A DNA stretch of 64,000 bases from an uncultured Solirubrobacteraceae bacterium (GTDB taxonomy: Bacteria > Actinomycetota > Thermoleophilia > Solirubrobacterales > Solirubrobacteraceae): assembly GCA_963704735.1 (NCBI GenBank), contig OY969935.1, positions 1,847,476 to 1,911,475 of the forward strand, written 5' to 3'. Shown one piece after another: positions 53,778 through 62,708 of this stretch. A model generated the notes under the pieces. That model saw nothing but the letters and a program-made list of their open reading frames with translations. It did no database searches and was not told the origin of the DNA. Position numbers and translations under genes: made by a program. Numbering within the stretch: the stretch's first letter is position 1; each line of letters starts with the position of its first letter.

Positions 53778-56405
53778 CTAGCGGGCTTTGGGGTCGGGAA
53801 TGGCCGAGGAGCTCGGCTTCGCCGACACCTTCGGCGCCGGCAGCGCGTCGATGCGGGAGATCAGCTTGTCCCACTCGGCGGTGCTCAGTTCGCCGCTCAC
53901 GGCGAGCGGCGGCGGGGCGGTCTGCCCGGCGCCGGCCGAGTGGGCGGCCTTTTCGCTCGCCGCCAAAGACTTGGCCGCGAGCACGGGCTTTGACGTCGGC
54001 GGGGAGAAGGTGAGCTCGATGTAGGTGGCGTGGTCGGGTCGGGCGAGTGTCGTCGGGGCGCCCGGGTACTGCATCAGGCTGACGATCTGACGCGGGACGA
54101 ACTGTCCGCGCAGCGCAAGCAGCGTCCGGATCGTGGTGTCCGCGATCGAACCGGTGCCCTGGTGGTGAGCGATCGGAATGCCGTTGACGCCTGCGATGGC
54201 CACGCCCTCGCCCAGGTGGTGGACAGGCACGTAGCCGGAGACGGCATAGGCGCCGTCACTGCAGCGCAGCGTGCCGACCGTCGGCTTCAGACCGCTGCGC
54301 GAGAGGTACTCGAGCGCCGCCAGCACGCGCTTGTCGATCGAGCCCGCGGCAACTTCACGGGCCGAGCAGGCGGACATGACGATGCCGGGATCTGACCCGA
54401 CCGCGTTCTCGAGCTGGCTCTTTGACATGAGCAGCACCTCGCCCGAGGTCGCTCCGATGAGGGGCGATTCCGCCGTTGCCCCGCGCGGGTGCAGCGCGAC
54501 GTCGAGCTGCACCCAGTTCGACAGAATCGGACGAGGGTCGATCGTGGTGGCGTCTCCAGCCGGTCGGATCGCGAAGCGCATATGTCCGTCCGTTGCCCCG
54601 GGCGGCAGGGTCACGCGACCGAGCACCGTGCCCTGTGCGACGACCGATCCGCGCGTCAGGGGCAGACGGCCGCGGCCGACCGATCGACGGGTGCCCCCCT
54701 GCGTCCCTCTCGCCGCGCTCGCGACCGCGGCGCGCGCATCGGGGTTGCCCGGGTGGGCGAACAGGCGCACCTTGCCCATGCCCGCCGGCGCTGATTCGGT
54801 CGATTCCGCCCGGGCGGAGCTGTGCCCGGCGCGCGTGCCGGAGACGTGGCCGGCGCCCTGCACGACCGGCGTGTCGACCTGCAGGGTGAGCGGAGGCCGA
54901 GGCTGTTCGCCGGCGGGCTGGGAGGGCGTTGCTTCGCCGGTGCTCGCGGCGTTTGCGAGCGACGTCGTGGCGGGCGTCCGGGGGACCTTCGCCGGGCGGT
55001 AGCTGGGGGCGATGGAGCCGAGGCCGGCGTAGGTGAACACGTCACCGTAGACATCACGCAGCACCACGTACTTGCCGAGCTTGTGAGAGCTTCCAAGCCC
55101 TACGATCTGACCGTCCTGCACCGCCACGACCTCGGCGTTCGCGGCGCTCAGCAGTTCGACCAGCTGCGCGTTGTCGCCCGTGCCGGCCTTTCCCATCGCG
55201 ATCGCCGCGGCGGCGGCCGGCGCTGGAGTGGCCGGCGCCGCGCGCGATCCGGGTCCGCTCGGGGCGGACGGGGCGACGGGCGCGACCGGCACGGCGTTCG
55301 CCGTGGCCGTCGAGGGCGACGGGAGGTGCGCGGCCAGTGGCGCGCCCCACGCGATCCGCTTGCCGGTCACCGGAGGGCGATCGTCGACGAGGCCCGTGAG
55401 CGTCGCGATCACGGGCTTTGGATAGGTGGAGATCAGCTTCGCCCGCAACAGCACCGAGTTGGCGTATTCTTCGGAGTGGTTGTAGGCGAGGATCGCGCCG
55501 CGCAGGTCCTTCTGGGCGCCCGCTGCGCGCAGATAGCGCGCAGCGGCGAAGACGGCGTCCACGGGGTTGTAGGGGTCCGCGTAGCCGGAGTTCAGCGCGT
55601 CTACCCCGTACTGAAGCCATGTCGCGGGCATGAACTGCATCCATCCCACCGCACCGGCGGTCGAGACCGACTGGTCACTGCCGTAGTTGGTCTCGATTTC
55701 GTTGATCCCGGCCAGAATCTGCCAGGGCACGCCGTACTGGGCGGCGGCGGCCTGGTAGATCGGAAGCAGGAACAGGGGGATGCGGTAGAAGGCGAGCGCC
55801 TGCGCGGACGCGGCCGAGGACGCGAGCGCTGCCGCAAGCGCCCCGGCCTCGCCCGCAGCCAGCTGCGGCGAGAGGGCCACGTTGTTGGGGCCGGACGCGG
55901 TGGCGCCCGGCTTGGCCGCGCCCTTTGAGCTCTGCGGGGCCTTCGGCTTCGGCGGCGTGGTCGTGAGGTTGCTCGAGGCGTTCTTGCTGGCCGTCGTTTT
56001 CTGCCGGCGCTGCAACACCACGGTGGGCACTTCGGCCACCGGACCCGAGGGAGCCCCGGCCGACGGCTGCGAGCCCACGTGCGACCCGCTCGAGGTGGAT
56101 GTGCTCGAAGGCGAGGTCGTGCTCGTGCTCGACGGCGCTCCCGCGGCGGCTTCCTGAGAGCTCCCGCCCGAGTTGGGCGTGGTCACCGGGGTCGACGAGC
56201 CTTCCGGAGGGCTGGTCGCGCCGGATGGCACGACAGAACCGAGCGCCCCGCCGGTGAGCGGTCCGCCGAGGCTGGCGGCGGTCAGGCCGCCTCCGGCGAG
56301 GGCCGACAGCATTGCGCGCCACGCCCGGCGGCGGGGGCTCCTCATCGGCGGCGTACGCCAGAAGTGATCGTCGTGTGGTCGTCCCATATTCGTCGTGGTC
56401 GGCAC
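53778..56405 (-). CDS. Secreted lytic transglycosylase (SLT) fused to degenerate M23-like and C-terminal peptidase-like domains; start uncertain
   Basis: YGVPWQILAGINEIETNYG, GAVGWMQFMPATW, AARYL, AYNH; M23-like VVAVQDG, GKYVVL, GTVLGRV. Confidence 0.85.
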   Translation of the reverse strand: MPTTTNMGRPHDDHFWRTPPMRSPRRRAWRAMLSALAGGGLTAASLGGPLTGGALGSVVPSGATSPPEGSSTPVTTPNSGGSSQEAAAGAPSSTSTTSPSSTSTSSGSHVGSQPSAGAPSGPVAEVPTVVLQRRQKTTASKNASSNLTTTPPKPKAPQSSKGAAKPGATASGPNNVALSPQLAAGEAGALAAALASSAASAQALAFYRIPLFLLPIYQAAAAQYGVPWQILAGINEIETNYGSDQSVSTAGAVGWMQFMPATWLQYGVDALNSGYADPYNPVDAVFAAARYLRAAGAQKDLRGAILAYNHSEEYANSVLLRAKLISTYPKPVIATLTGLVDDRPPVTGKRIAWGAPLAAHLPSPSTATANAVPVAPVAPSAPSGPGSRAAPATPAPAAAAAIAMGKAGTGDNAQLVELLSAANAEVVAVQDGQIVGLGSSHKLGKYVVLRDVYGDVFTYAGLGSIAPSYRPAKVPRTPATTSLANAASTGEATPSQPAGEQPRPPLTLQVDTPVVQGAGHVSGTRAGHSSARAESTESAPAGMGKVRLFAHPGNPDARAAVASAARGTQGGTRRSVGRGRLPLTRGSVVAQGTVLGRVTLPPGATDGHMRFAIRPAGDATTIDPRPILSNWVQLDVALHPRGATAESPLIGATSGEVLLMSKSQLENAVGSDPGIVMSACSAREVAAGSIDKRVLAALEYLSRSGLKPTVGTLRCSDGAYAVSGYVPVHHLGEGVAIAGVNGIPIAHHQGTGSIADTTIRTLLALRGQFVPRQIVSLMQYPGAPTTLARPDHATYIELTFSPPTSKPVLAAKSLAASEKAAHSAGAGQTAPPPLAVSGELSTAEWDKLISRIDALPAPKVSAKPSSSAIPDPKAR

Positions 56406-56450
56406 TGCGGCGCAACAAGGCCACGCTCGCTGGTACGCCCACCAGGGTCG

Positions 56451-56477
56451 TTATCGGCACGGAACCAGAAAGCCGTA
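56451..56477 (-). promoter_or_regulatory. Putative sigma28 (FliA/WhiG/SigD) promoter
   Basis: TACGGCTT-N11-GCCGATAA; perfect -10 and correct spacing. Confidence 0.55.
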
Positions 56478-56601
56478 AAGGGTTCATAACCCCTCGGGAA
56501 GAGCCGGCACCGAGTCGCCTTTCGCCGGGCCGGCAGATCCTCCTGCCCGTGCCCCTCCCAGCAGACGCCCCCGACGCCACGACGCGATAACCTGAACGGC
56601 C

Positions 56602-56835
56602 GTGGAAACGATCCTGTCGGTGATTCAGGTCGCGATCTCGGTGACCGTCGTCTTCCTGGTGCTGATGCACTCGGGCAAGGACTCCGGTCTTTCGGGCGCC
56701 TTCGGCGTCGGCACGGGCACGGGCCCGCTGGGCGGCGGGTCGATGGTCGAGCGCAACCTAAACCGCTGGACGGTCTTCTTCGCGATCCTGTTCTTCATGA
56801 ACGCGGGCGTGCTGCTCACGAAGCCCTGGGCCTGA
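56602..56835 (+). CDS. secG: Preprotein translocase subunit SecG
   Basis: VLMHSGKDSGLSGAFG, ERNLNRWT; two TM helices. Confidence 0.95.
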   Translation: METILSVIQVAISVTVVFLVLMHSGKDSGLSGAFGVGTGTGPLGGGSMVERNLNRWTVFFAILFFMNAGVLLTKPWA

Positions 56836-57114
56836 GCCTCGCGCGGGCTCCTCGAGCCGGTTCAGGATCTCGACGGCCTCGGCTCGCAGCGCCCCATCCA
56901 CCGCTTCGTAGTCCTCACGCGAGAGCTTTCCCGTGCGGTAGTCGAGCTCGGCGTCGCGGATCTCGCGGTACTTGGCCTCGCGCTTGACCTCGAGCTCCTC
57001 CCCCTCCGCCGACCCGGACGCCGCGGGCCGCCGCGCCGCACGCAGTGGAGCGCTGACCACGAGCACGACAACCACGAGCAGCGCGAACGCGATGATCAGC
57101 ACCCCGAGCCCCAT
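56758..57114 (-). CDS. CcmI/CycH N-terminal-like cytochrome c biogenesis protein
   Basis: N-terminal TM then Y-EIRDAELDYRTGKLSREDY; directly downstream of ccmF. Confidence 0.6.
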   Translation of the reverse strand: MGLGVLIIAFALLVVVVLVVSAPLRAARRPAASGSAEGEELEVKREAKYREIRDAELDYRTGKLSREDYEAVDGALRAEAVEILNRLEEPARGSGPGLREQHARVHEEQDREEDRPAV

Positions 57115-57165
57115 CTAGGCGCCGCGGTCAGGACAGGGCGGGCACGATCTCGCCATGATCGTGGC

Positions 57166-59328
57166 TCAAGCGCGCGCCAGGCCATGCGCGGCACGAGCGC
57201 GCGAGCGCATGCTGACGCGGCGGCGCACGGCGCTCGGCGCGGGCCAGATCGCGATCAGGCCGCCGCCGAGCACGATCAGGCCGCCCACCCAGATCCACAT
57301 CACTAGCGGTGAGACGATGAAGTGGAACTGCGCGGGGGGCGGATTCTTGAGATAGGCGCGCGCCAGATAACCGATCGCCACGACGGCGTCTTCGGGCGGC
57401 AGCGTCCGATTGCCGACCTGAACGATCCTCCGCAGCGCGGGGGTTTCGATGTCCGGCTCGACCGCGGTCCAGACGTCGCGCGAGACGCCGGCGTCCATGC
57501 TCACATGGCTGACGGGCTGTCCCGCGATCAGGCTCCCCACCGACCCCTGGCCTGATTCCGGCGAGGCGTAGTAGCCCTCGCTGGGCTGCAGGGTGGCGAC
57601 ATGACGACCGTGCTTGCTCACATCGAGCAGGGCGCCCAGACTGAGGGTCGAGCCCGTATGGGCCGCGTCATACCTCGGCGTGATCGTCGCCGTCGGGCGC
57701 AGGTAGCGGATCGTGTAGGCGCCCACGTGCGTGGACTGGCCCGGCGAGAGGCCCAGCTCGGAGGCGTGCTGGAACGACGAGGAGGCGGCGACCCCGATGA
57801 ACAGGACGGCCATCCCGATGTGCACTATGTAGCCGCCGTAGCGCCGGCGGTTGCGCCGCACGAGCGCCAGCAGCGCGGCGGGGGCCGGCTCGTCGGCCAT
57901 CGCACGTCGGGCGCGCACGCCGCGGGCGAACTCCTGTCCCACGCAGCCGAACACGAACGCGCCGCAGCAGAACATCGCGAGCGCGAAGGGCTTCTCGGGC
58001 ACGCCCGCGACCAGCAGCGCGGCGAGTGCCAGCACGGCGAGTGCCACCGGCGCCACGAGGTTTCGCCGCGCGTTGGCGAGGGTGGCGCGCCGCCACGAGA
58101 TCACCGGTCCGATGCCGCTGAGCAGCACGAGGACGAGCGCCAGGGGAACCGTGTAGCGGTCGAACCACGGCGGTCCGACCGACGCTTCGCTACCCGTGAG
58201 CGCCTCGGAGATCAGCGGGAAGTAGGTGCCCCAGAAGATCACGAAGCACAGCGCCACGAGCACGATGTTGTTGGCCAGGAAGATCGACTCGCGCGACAGC
58301 AGCGAATCGATCCGGTGCTCCGAGCGGAGCATGTCGCGGCGCGACGCGACCAGGTAGATCGAGCCGGCGATCAGCACGCCGATCAGCACGACGAACGGCA
58401 CGCCCAACGTGGAGCCGCCGAAGGCGTGGATCGAGTTGAGGACCCCGCTGCGCACCAGGAACGTCCCCATGATCGCGAGCGTGCCCGTGGCGAGCACGAG
58501 CGACGCGTTCCAGACCTTCAGCATCCCGCGCTTCTCCTGGATCATCAGCGAGTGCAGGAACGCGGTGCCCACGAGCCACGGCATCAGCGACGCGTTCTCG
58601 ACCGCATCCCAGCCCCAGTATCCGCCCCAGCCGAGCTCGGAGTAGGACCAGCGGGCGCCCAGCAGGATGCCGATGCCCAGGAACAGCCAGGCCGCGAACG
58701 CAAAGCGGCGCGTGGCCCTGATCCACTCGGCGTCCACGCGTCGGGCGAGCAGGGCGCCCATGCCGAAGGCAAGCGGGATCGTGCAGAGCGTGTAGCCCGA
58801 GTAGAGCATCGGCGGATGGATCATCATCGTGGGAAAGCGCAGCAGTGGATCGAGTCCCACGCCTTCGGCGGGGGCCGGGCGGGTCGTGGCGAATGGCGTC
58901 GCGTAGAAGACCATCAGCGAGACGAAGAACCCTCCGAAGCCGAGCATGATGGCCGTCGCGTAGGCGGTCACCTCCCGCATGCGCCCACGGGTGAGAAACA
59001 GCGCGAGGCTGGCCCACAGCGACATGAGCCAGGCCCACAGGAGCAGCGAGCCTTCCTGCGAGGACCACACGGCCGCGGCCCGGTAGAACGCCGGCGTCGT
59101 GCGGCTGGAGGTGTCGGCGACCGTGTTGAAGGAGAAGTCGTTGCGCAGGAACGCGATCTCGAGCACGAGGAACGCAACCGTCAGGATTCCCGCAAGCGCA
59201 TACACGCAGCGGCGGCCGGATTCTGAGAACTCCTCACGCCCGCTGCGCACGCCGTACACCGAGGCGGCGATGCCGTAGACGCACACCGCGAGCGCCAGCA
59301 GCAGGCAGACTCCTCCGAGGCCGGCCAT
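57166..59328 (-). CDS. ccmF: Cytochrome c heme lyase CcmF
   Basis: WSSQEGSLLLW, IHPP, WGGYWGWDAVENAS, SIHAF, YGGYIVHIG. Confidence 0.97.
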   Translation of the reverse strand: MAGLGGVCLLLALAVCVYGIAASVYGVRSGREEFSESGRRCVYALAGILTVAFLVLEIAFLRNDFSFNTVADTSSRTTPAFYRAAAVWSSQEGSLLLWAWLMSLWASLALFLTRGRMREVTAYATAIMLGFGGFFVSLMVFYATPFATTRPAPAEGVGLDPLLRFPTMMIHPPMLYSGYTLCTIPLAFGMGALLARRVDAEWIRATRRFAFAAWLFLGIGILLGARWSYSELGWGGYWGWDAVENASLMPWLVGTAFLHSLMIQEKRGMLKVWNASLVLATGTLAIMGTFLVRSGVLNSIHAFGGSTLGVPFVVLIGVLIAGSIYLVASRRDMLRSEHRIDSLLSRESIFLANNIVLVALCFVIFWGTYFPLISEALTGSEASVGPPWFDRYTVPLALVLVLLSGIGPVISWRRATLANARRNLVAPVALAVLALAALLVAGVPEKPFALAMFCCGAFVFGCVGQEFARGVRARRAMADEPAPAALLALVRRNRRRYGGYIVHIGMAVLFIGVAASSSFQHASELGLSPGQSTHVGAYTIRYLRPTATITPRYDAAHTGSTLSLGALLDVSKHGRHVATLQPSEGYYASPESGQGSVGSLIAGQPVSHVSMDAGVSRDVWTAVEPDIETPALRRIVQVGNRTLPPEDAVVAIGYLARAYLKNPPPAQFHFIVSPLVMWIWVGGLIVLGGGLIAIWPAPSAVRRRVSMRSRARAAHGLARA

Positions 59329-59375
59329 CAGCGCTTACGGCGAGAGGGGGTGGTGGGGACGGCGGCGAAGGGCAC

Positions 59376-59792
59376 TCAGTAGTTCTGCTTCTCGCTGGCC
59401 GGAGCGGTCTTGTACTTCGATGGGCACTTGGTGATCAGCGAGTCGCGTTCGCCGACGAACGCGCCGCCTCGCTTCTGGACCGTGACGATCACCTCGCGCC
59501 CTTCACGAAACGGGTCCGGCACCGTCCCCGTGTAGGCCACCGGGATGGCGGTGCCCCCGACGCGGTCCTGCACGTCGAAATTCAAAACGGCGCCTTCGCG
59601 GCGAACGGACCCGCCCACAACCGTGCCGGTCACCACGTAGCTTTGGCCGGGCTGCGCTCGGCGGAGCAGCTGGCTGGGGCTGAGAGCCGGGCTCGCGGCG
59701 CTGAAGCTCGTATAGATCAGTGCGCTCGCCAGCACCACCGCGGTGCTCAACGCCACAATCAGGCGCACCGTTCGCTTGCGCGCTGGGCTCAT
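59376..59792 (-). CDS. ccmE: Heme chaperone CcmE, Cys (CxxxY) type
   Basis: YTGTVPDPFREG, KCPSKY. Confidence 0.93.
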   Translation of the reverse strand: MSPARKRTVRLIVALSTAVVLASALIYTSFSAASPALSPSQLLRRAQPGQSYVVTGTVVGGSVRREGAVLNFDVQDRVGGTAIPVAYTGTVPDPFREGREVIVTVQKRGGAFVGERDSLITKCPSKYKTAPASEKQNY

Positions 59793-59937
59793 CGCCACCC
59801 AGTATCTCAAACCCCCGTTTTCGCCGTACCGGCCTCGCGACGGCCCCCGTCGTCGAGGTCGGGTCTAGATGTCACGAGGAAATTGGGCTTGCAGGGCGAA
59901 ACATTCGTGCGTGAGAGGGGTCCTTAGGAGTGGAGCC

Positions 59938-60204
59938 ATGAGAGCGAGCATCCCGCACCCCCTTCGCGAACTCCCGCACCCCCTTCGCGAACGGAGCCCC
60001 TCCCCCAGACGCCGCGGCAGGCGAGCGCGCCGTAAGGCCGGCACGCCCGCCGCAGGACCGTCCGACGTCGCAGTTGAACGCGCGCGCGACGCCGGCGGCC
60101 CGGTGGATCGGGCCTCATACGCCTGCGAATGCGGCTACGTGTTCCTCGCGCCGGTCTCCACGACCGTGAGGTGTCCCCATTGCGACACCGGACAGGCGTG
60201 GTAG
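59938..60204 (+). CDS. Small putative zinc-ribbon protein
   Basis: SD AGGAG/GGAG; YACECGYVF...CPHC...QAW; 21-nt internal duplication (PHPLRE twice). Confidence 0.65.
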   Translation: MRASIPHPLRELPHPLRERSPSPRRRGRRARRKAGTPAAGPSDVAVERARDAGGPVDRASYACECGYVFLAPVSTTVRCPHCDTGQAW

Positions 60205-61512
60205 CTAGTTGATGTGCATGCCCGAGATCGCCCGCGCGATCACGAGCTGCTGGATCTCCGCGGTGCCCTCGAAGATGTCGTAGATCTTCGCGTCGCGGTG
60301 CCAGCGCTCGACGGGAAACTCGCGCGTGTAGCCGTTGCCACCGAGGATCTGGATCGCTCGCTCGGTCACCCAGACCGACACCTCGCCCGCCTTCAGCTTG
60401 CTCATCGAGCCCTCGGCGTTCTCGAACGGCACCTGGCTGCGTCCCATCCAGGAGGCACGCCAGACGAGCAGGCGGGCCGCGTCGATCTCGGTCTTCATGC
60501 GCGCGAGCGTGAAGGCGATCGCCTGGTTCTCGACGATCTTCCGGCCGAACTGCTCTCGCTCCTTGGCGTACTGAAGCGAATACTCGTAGGCGGCACGGGC
60601 GATGCCCAGCGCCTGGGCGGCGACGGTGGGCCTGGACGCCTCGAAGGTCTGCATGGCGGCCTGGGACTTGCTCTTCTTGCCCTCTCTGGCCCTGGCCAGG
60701 CGTTCGTCGAGCCTGTCCTTGCCGCCGAGCACGTAGCCGGCGGGCACGCGACAGTCGTCCAGGAACACATCCGCCGTGTGGGAGGCGCGCAGCCCGTGCT
60801 TTGACACCTTGGAGCCCTGGGCGATCCCCTTGGCTTCGCTCATCGGCACCACGAACGCGGCGTGGCCACGCGCGCCCAGCTCGCGGTCGATGGACGCGAT
60901 CACCACGTGCACGTCGGCGATGCCCCCGTTCGTGGCCCACGCCTTCTGGCCGTTGATCACCCACTCGCCGGTCGCCTCGTCGAACCTGGCGGTCGTGCGC
61001 ACGCCGGAGATGTCCGAGCCCGCGTTGGGCTCGGACGCGCAGAACGCCGCGACCTTGACGTCATCCTGCGTGCCGAAGCAGCGGGGGATCCACTCGCCGA
61101 CCTGCTCCCCGCTGCCCTGCCCGAAGATGGCCGCCACCGCCAGCGTCGTGCCCATGATCGACATCCCGATGCCGGCGTCGCCCCAGAACAGCTCCTCGTT
61201 GACGATCGGCAGCGTCAGGCCGGTGGGATCGGCGAAGAACTGCGCCACGCCTTCGAACCCGTACAGGCCGATCTTCGCCGCCTCCTGAATGATCGGCCAG
61301 GGCGTCTCCTCGCGCTCGTCCCACTCATGGGCGGCCGGGCGAACCACGTCGGCGGCGAAGCCGTGCACCCAGTCGCGGATGTCCTTCTGGTCCTGGCTCA
61401 GCTGGAGCGAGAATGTCACCTCCTGGCGCGCCGAGTCGGTGATCGTCTCCGCAGCAGCGTGCGCAGGCTCGGCTGCGTTGTGGCTTGCGGCGGACGTTGC
61501 TGGTGCTGTCAT
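60205..61512 (-). CDS. Acyl-CoA dehydrogenase
   Basis: SEPNAGSD, NGQKAWATNG, REQFGRKI, GGNGY, IFEGTAEIQ. Confidence 0.96.
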   Translation of the reverse strand: MTAPATSAASHNAAEPAHAAAETITDSARQEVTFSLQLSQDQKDIRDWVHGFAADVVRPAAHEWDEREETPWPIIQEAAKIGLYGFEGVAQFFADPTGLTLPIVNEELFWGDAGIGMSIMGTTLAVAAIFGQGSGEQVGEWIPRCFGTQDDVKVAAFCASEPNAGSDISGVRTTARFDEATGEWVINGQKAWATNGGIADVHVVIASIDRELGARGHAAFVVPMSEAKGIAQGSKVSKHGLRASHTADVFLDDCRVPAGYVLGGKDRLDERLARAREGKKSKSQAAMQTFEASRPTVAAQALGIARAAYEYSLQYAKEREQFGRKIVENQAIAFTLARMKTEIDAARLLVWRASWMGRSQVPFENAEGSMSKLKAGEVSVWVTERAIQILGGNGYTREFPVERWHRDAKIYDIFEGTAEIQQLVIARAISGMHIN

Positions 61513-61640
61513 GGGCTGGTTTCTCCTCGGGTTGCGGGCGTCTCGTCAGTGTGGAGAAGGTTCCCCGGCAGGTGGACGGTAAACCACCTGAAGCGTAGTT
61601 CACGCGCCGCTGCGGCGCGGTTGAGGCATGAGAAAGTCGC

Positions 61641-61667
61641 CATTTCCTGTAATCACGATCGGATTCC
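61641..61667. promoter_or_regulatory. Possible Rrf2/CymR-like operator upstream of the sulfate ABC operon
   Basis: Imperfect dyad TCCTGT-N7-ATCGGA in an AT-rich patch. Confidence 0.35.
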
Positions 61668-61715
61668 TGCTAATAATTGGGCACTCTTGCCACCTTATCG
61701 ATGCAGAAAGTGACT

Positions 61716-62708
61716 ATGCGAACACCTACCCTCGCAGCCGCCACATCCATTGCCGCCGCATCCATCGCGCTCGCCGCGTGCGGCTCCTCGGGCGAAAGCA
61801 AGCAGCTGGCCCTGGTCGCCTACTCGACTCCGCAGGGGGCCTACGAAGAGCTGATTCCGGCGTTCCAGGCGACGGCGGAAGGCAAGGGTGTGAGCTTCAG
61901 CCAGTCCTATGGGCCGTCCGGCGAACAGAGCAGGGCGGTGGCCAACGGGCTGCACGCCAACGTCGTCAACTTCTCGCTCGAACCGGACGTGACGAAGCTC
62001 GTGAGCGCGGGCCTCGTGTCCTCGAGCTGGAACCAGAACGCCACCCACGGCTTCGTCACCCAGTCGGTCGCCGTGATCATCGTGCGCAAGGGCAATCCCA
62101 AGCACATCAGGGGCTGGTCGGATCTGACCAAGCCTGGCGTGCAGGTGCTGACGCCCAACCCGTTCACGTCGGGCAGCGCGCGCTGGAACGTGATGGCGGC
62201 GTATGGCGCGCAGCTGAAGGAAGGCAAGACACCGGCGCAGGCGCAGGCGTACCTGTCATCGCTGTTCCACAACGTCGTCAGCCAGGACAGCTCGGCGCGG
62301 AACGCCCTGCAGACGTTCCTCGCGGGCAGGGGCGACGCGCTGATCGACTACGAGGACGAGGCGATCGCCGATCAGAAGAAGGGTTCGCCGATCGAATACG
62401 TGATCCCGACCGCGACGATCCTGATCCAGAACCCGATCGCGGTGGTGGGCAAGGGCGCTAGCGCCGGCCAGGCGCAGAATTTCGTCAACTACCTGCTGTC
62501 GCCGGCCGGACAGAGGATCTGGGCGTCCAAGGGCTACCGGCCGGTGATAGAAGGCGTGGCCGCCCCCGGACAGTTCCCGACTCCCGCGAAGCTGTTCACG
62601 ATCCAGGAGCTCGGCGGCTGGAAAGCCGTGACCAAGCAGTTCTTCGCCCCGGAAAGCGGCGTCGTGACGAAGATCGAGCAGTCGCTGGGGGTGTCCACTG
62701 CCAAGTAG
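61716..62708 (+). CDS. sbp: Sulfate ABC transporter substrate-binding lipoprotein
   Basis: Lipobox LAAC, SYGPSGEQSRAV, GNPKHI-W-DL, PNPFTSGSARWN. Confidence 0.94.
   Translation: MRTPTLAAATSIAAASIALAACGSSGESKQLALVAYSTPQGAYEELIPAFQATAEGKGVSFSQSYGPSGEQSRAVANGLHANVVNFSLEPDVTKLVSAGLVSSSWNQNATHGFVTQSVAVIIVRKGNPKHIRGWSDLTKPGVQVLTPNPFTSGSARWNVMAAYGAQLKEGKTPAQAQAYLSSLFHNVVSQDSSARNALQTFLAGRGDALIDYEDEAIADQKKGSPIEYVIPTATILIQNPIAVVGKGASAGQAQNFVNYLLSPAGQRIWASKGYRPVIEGVAAPGQFPTPAKLFTIQELGGWKAVTKQFFAPESGVVTKIEQSLGVSTAK

Noticed and set aside
56406-56601. c-di-AMP (ydaO) riboswitch before the cell-wall hydrolase
   Set aside because: No ydaO consensus elements seen and the predicted leader is short
59895-59912. 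LexA SOS box (CGAAAC-ATTC-GTGCG)
   Set aside because: Several mismatches to CGAAC-N4-GTTCG; insufficient support
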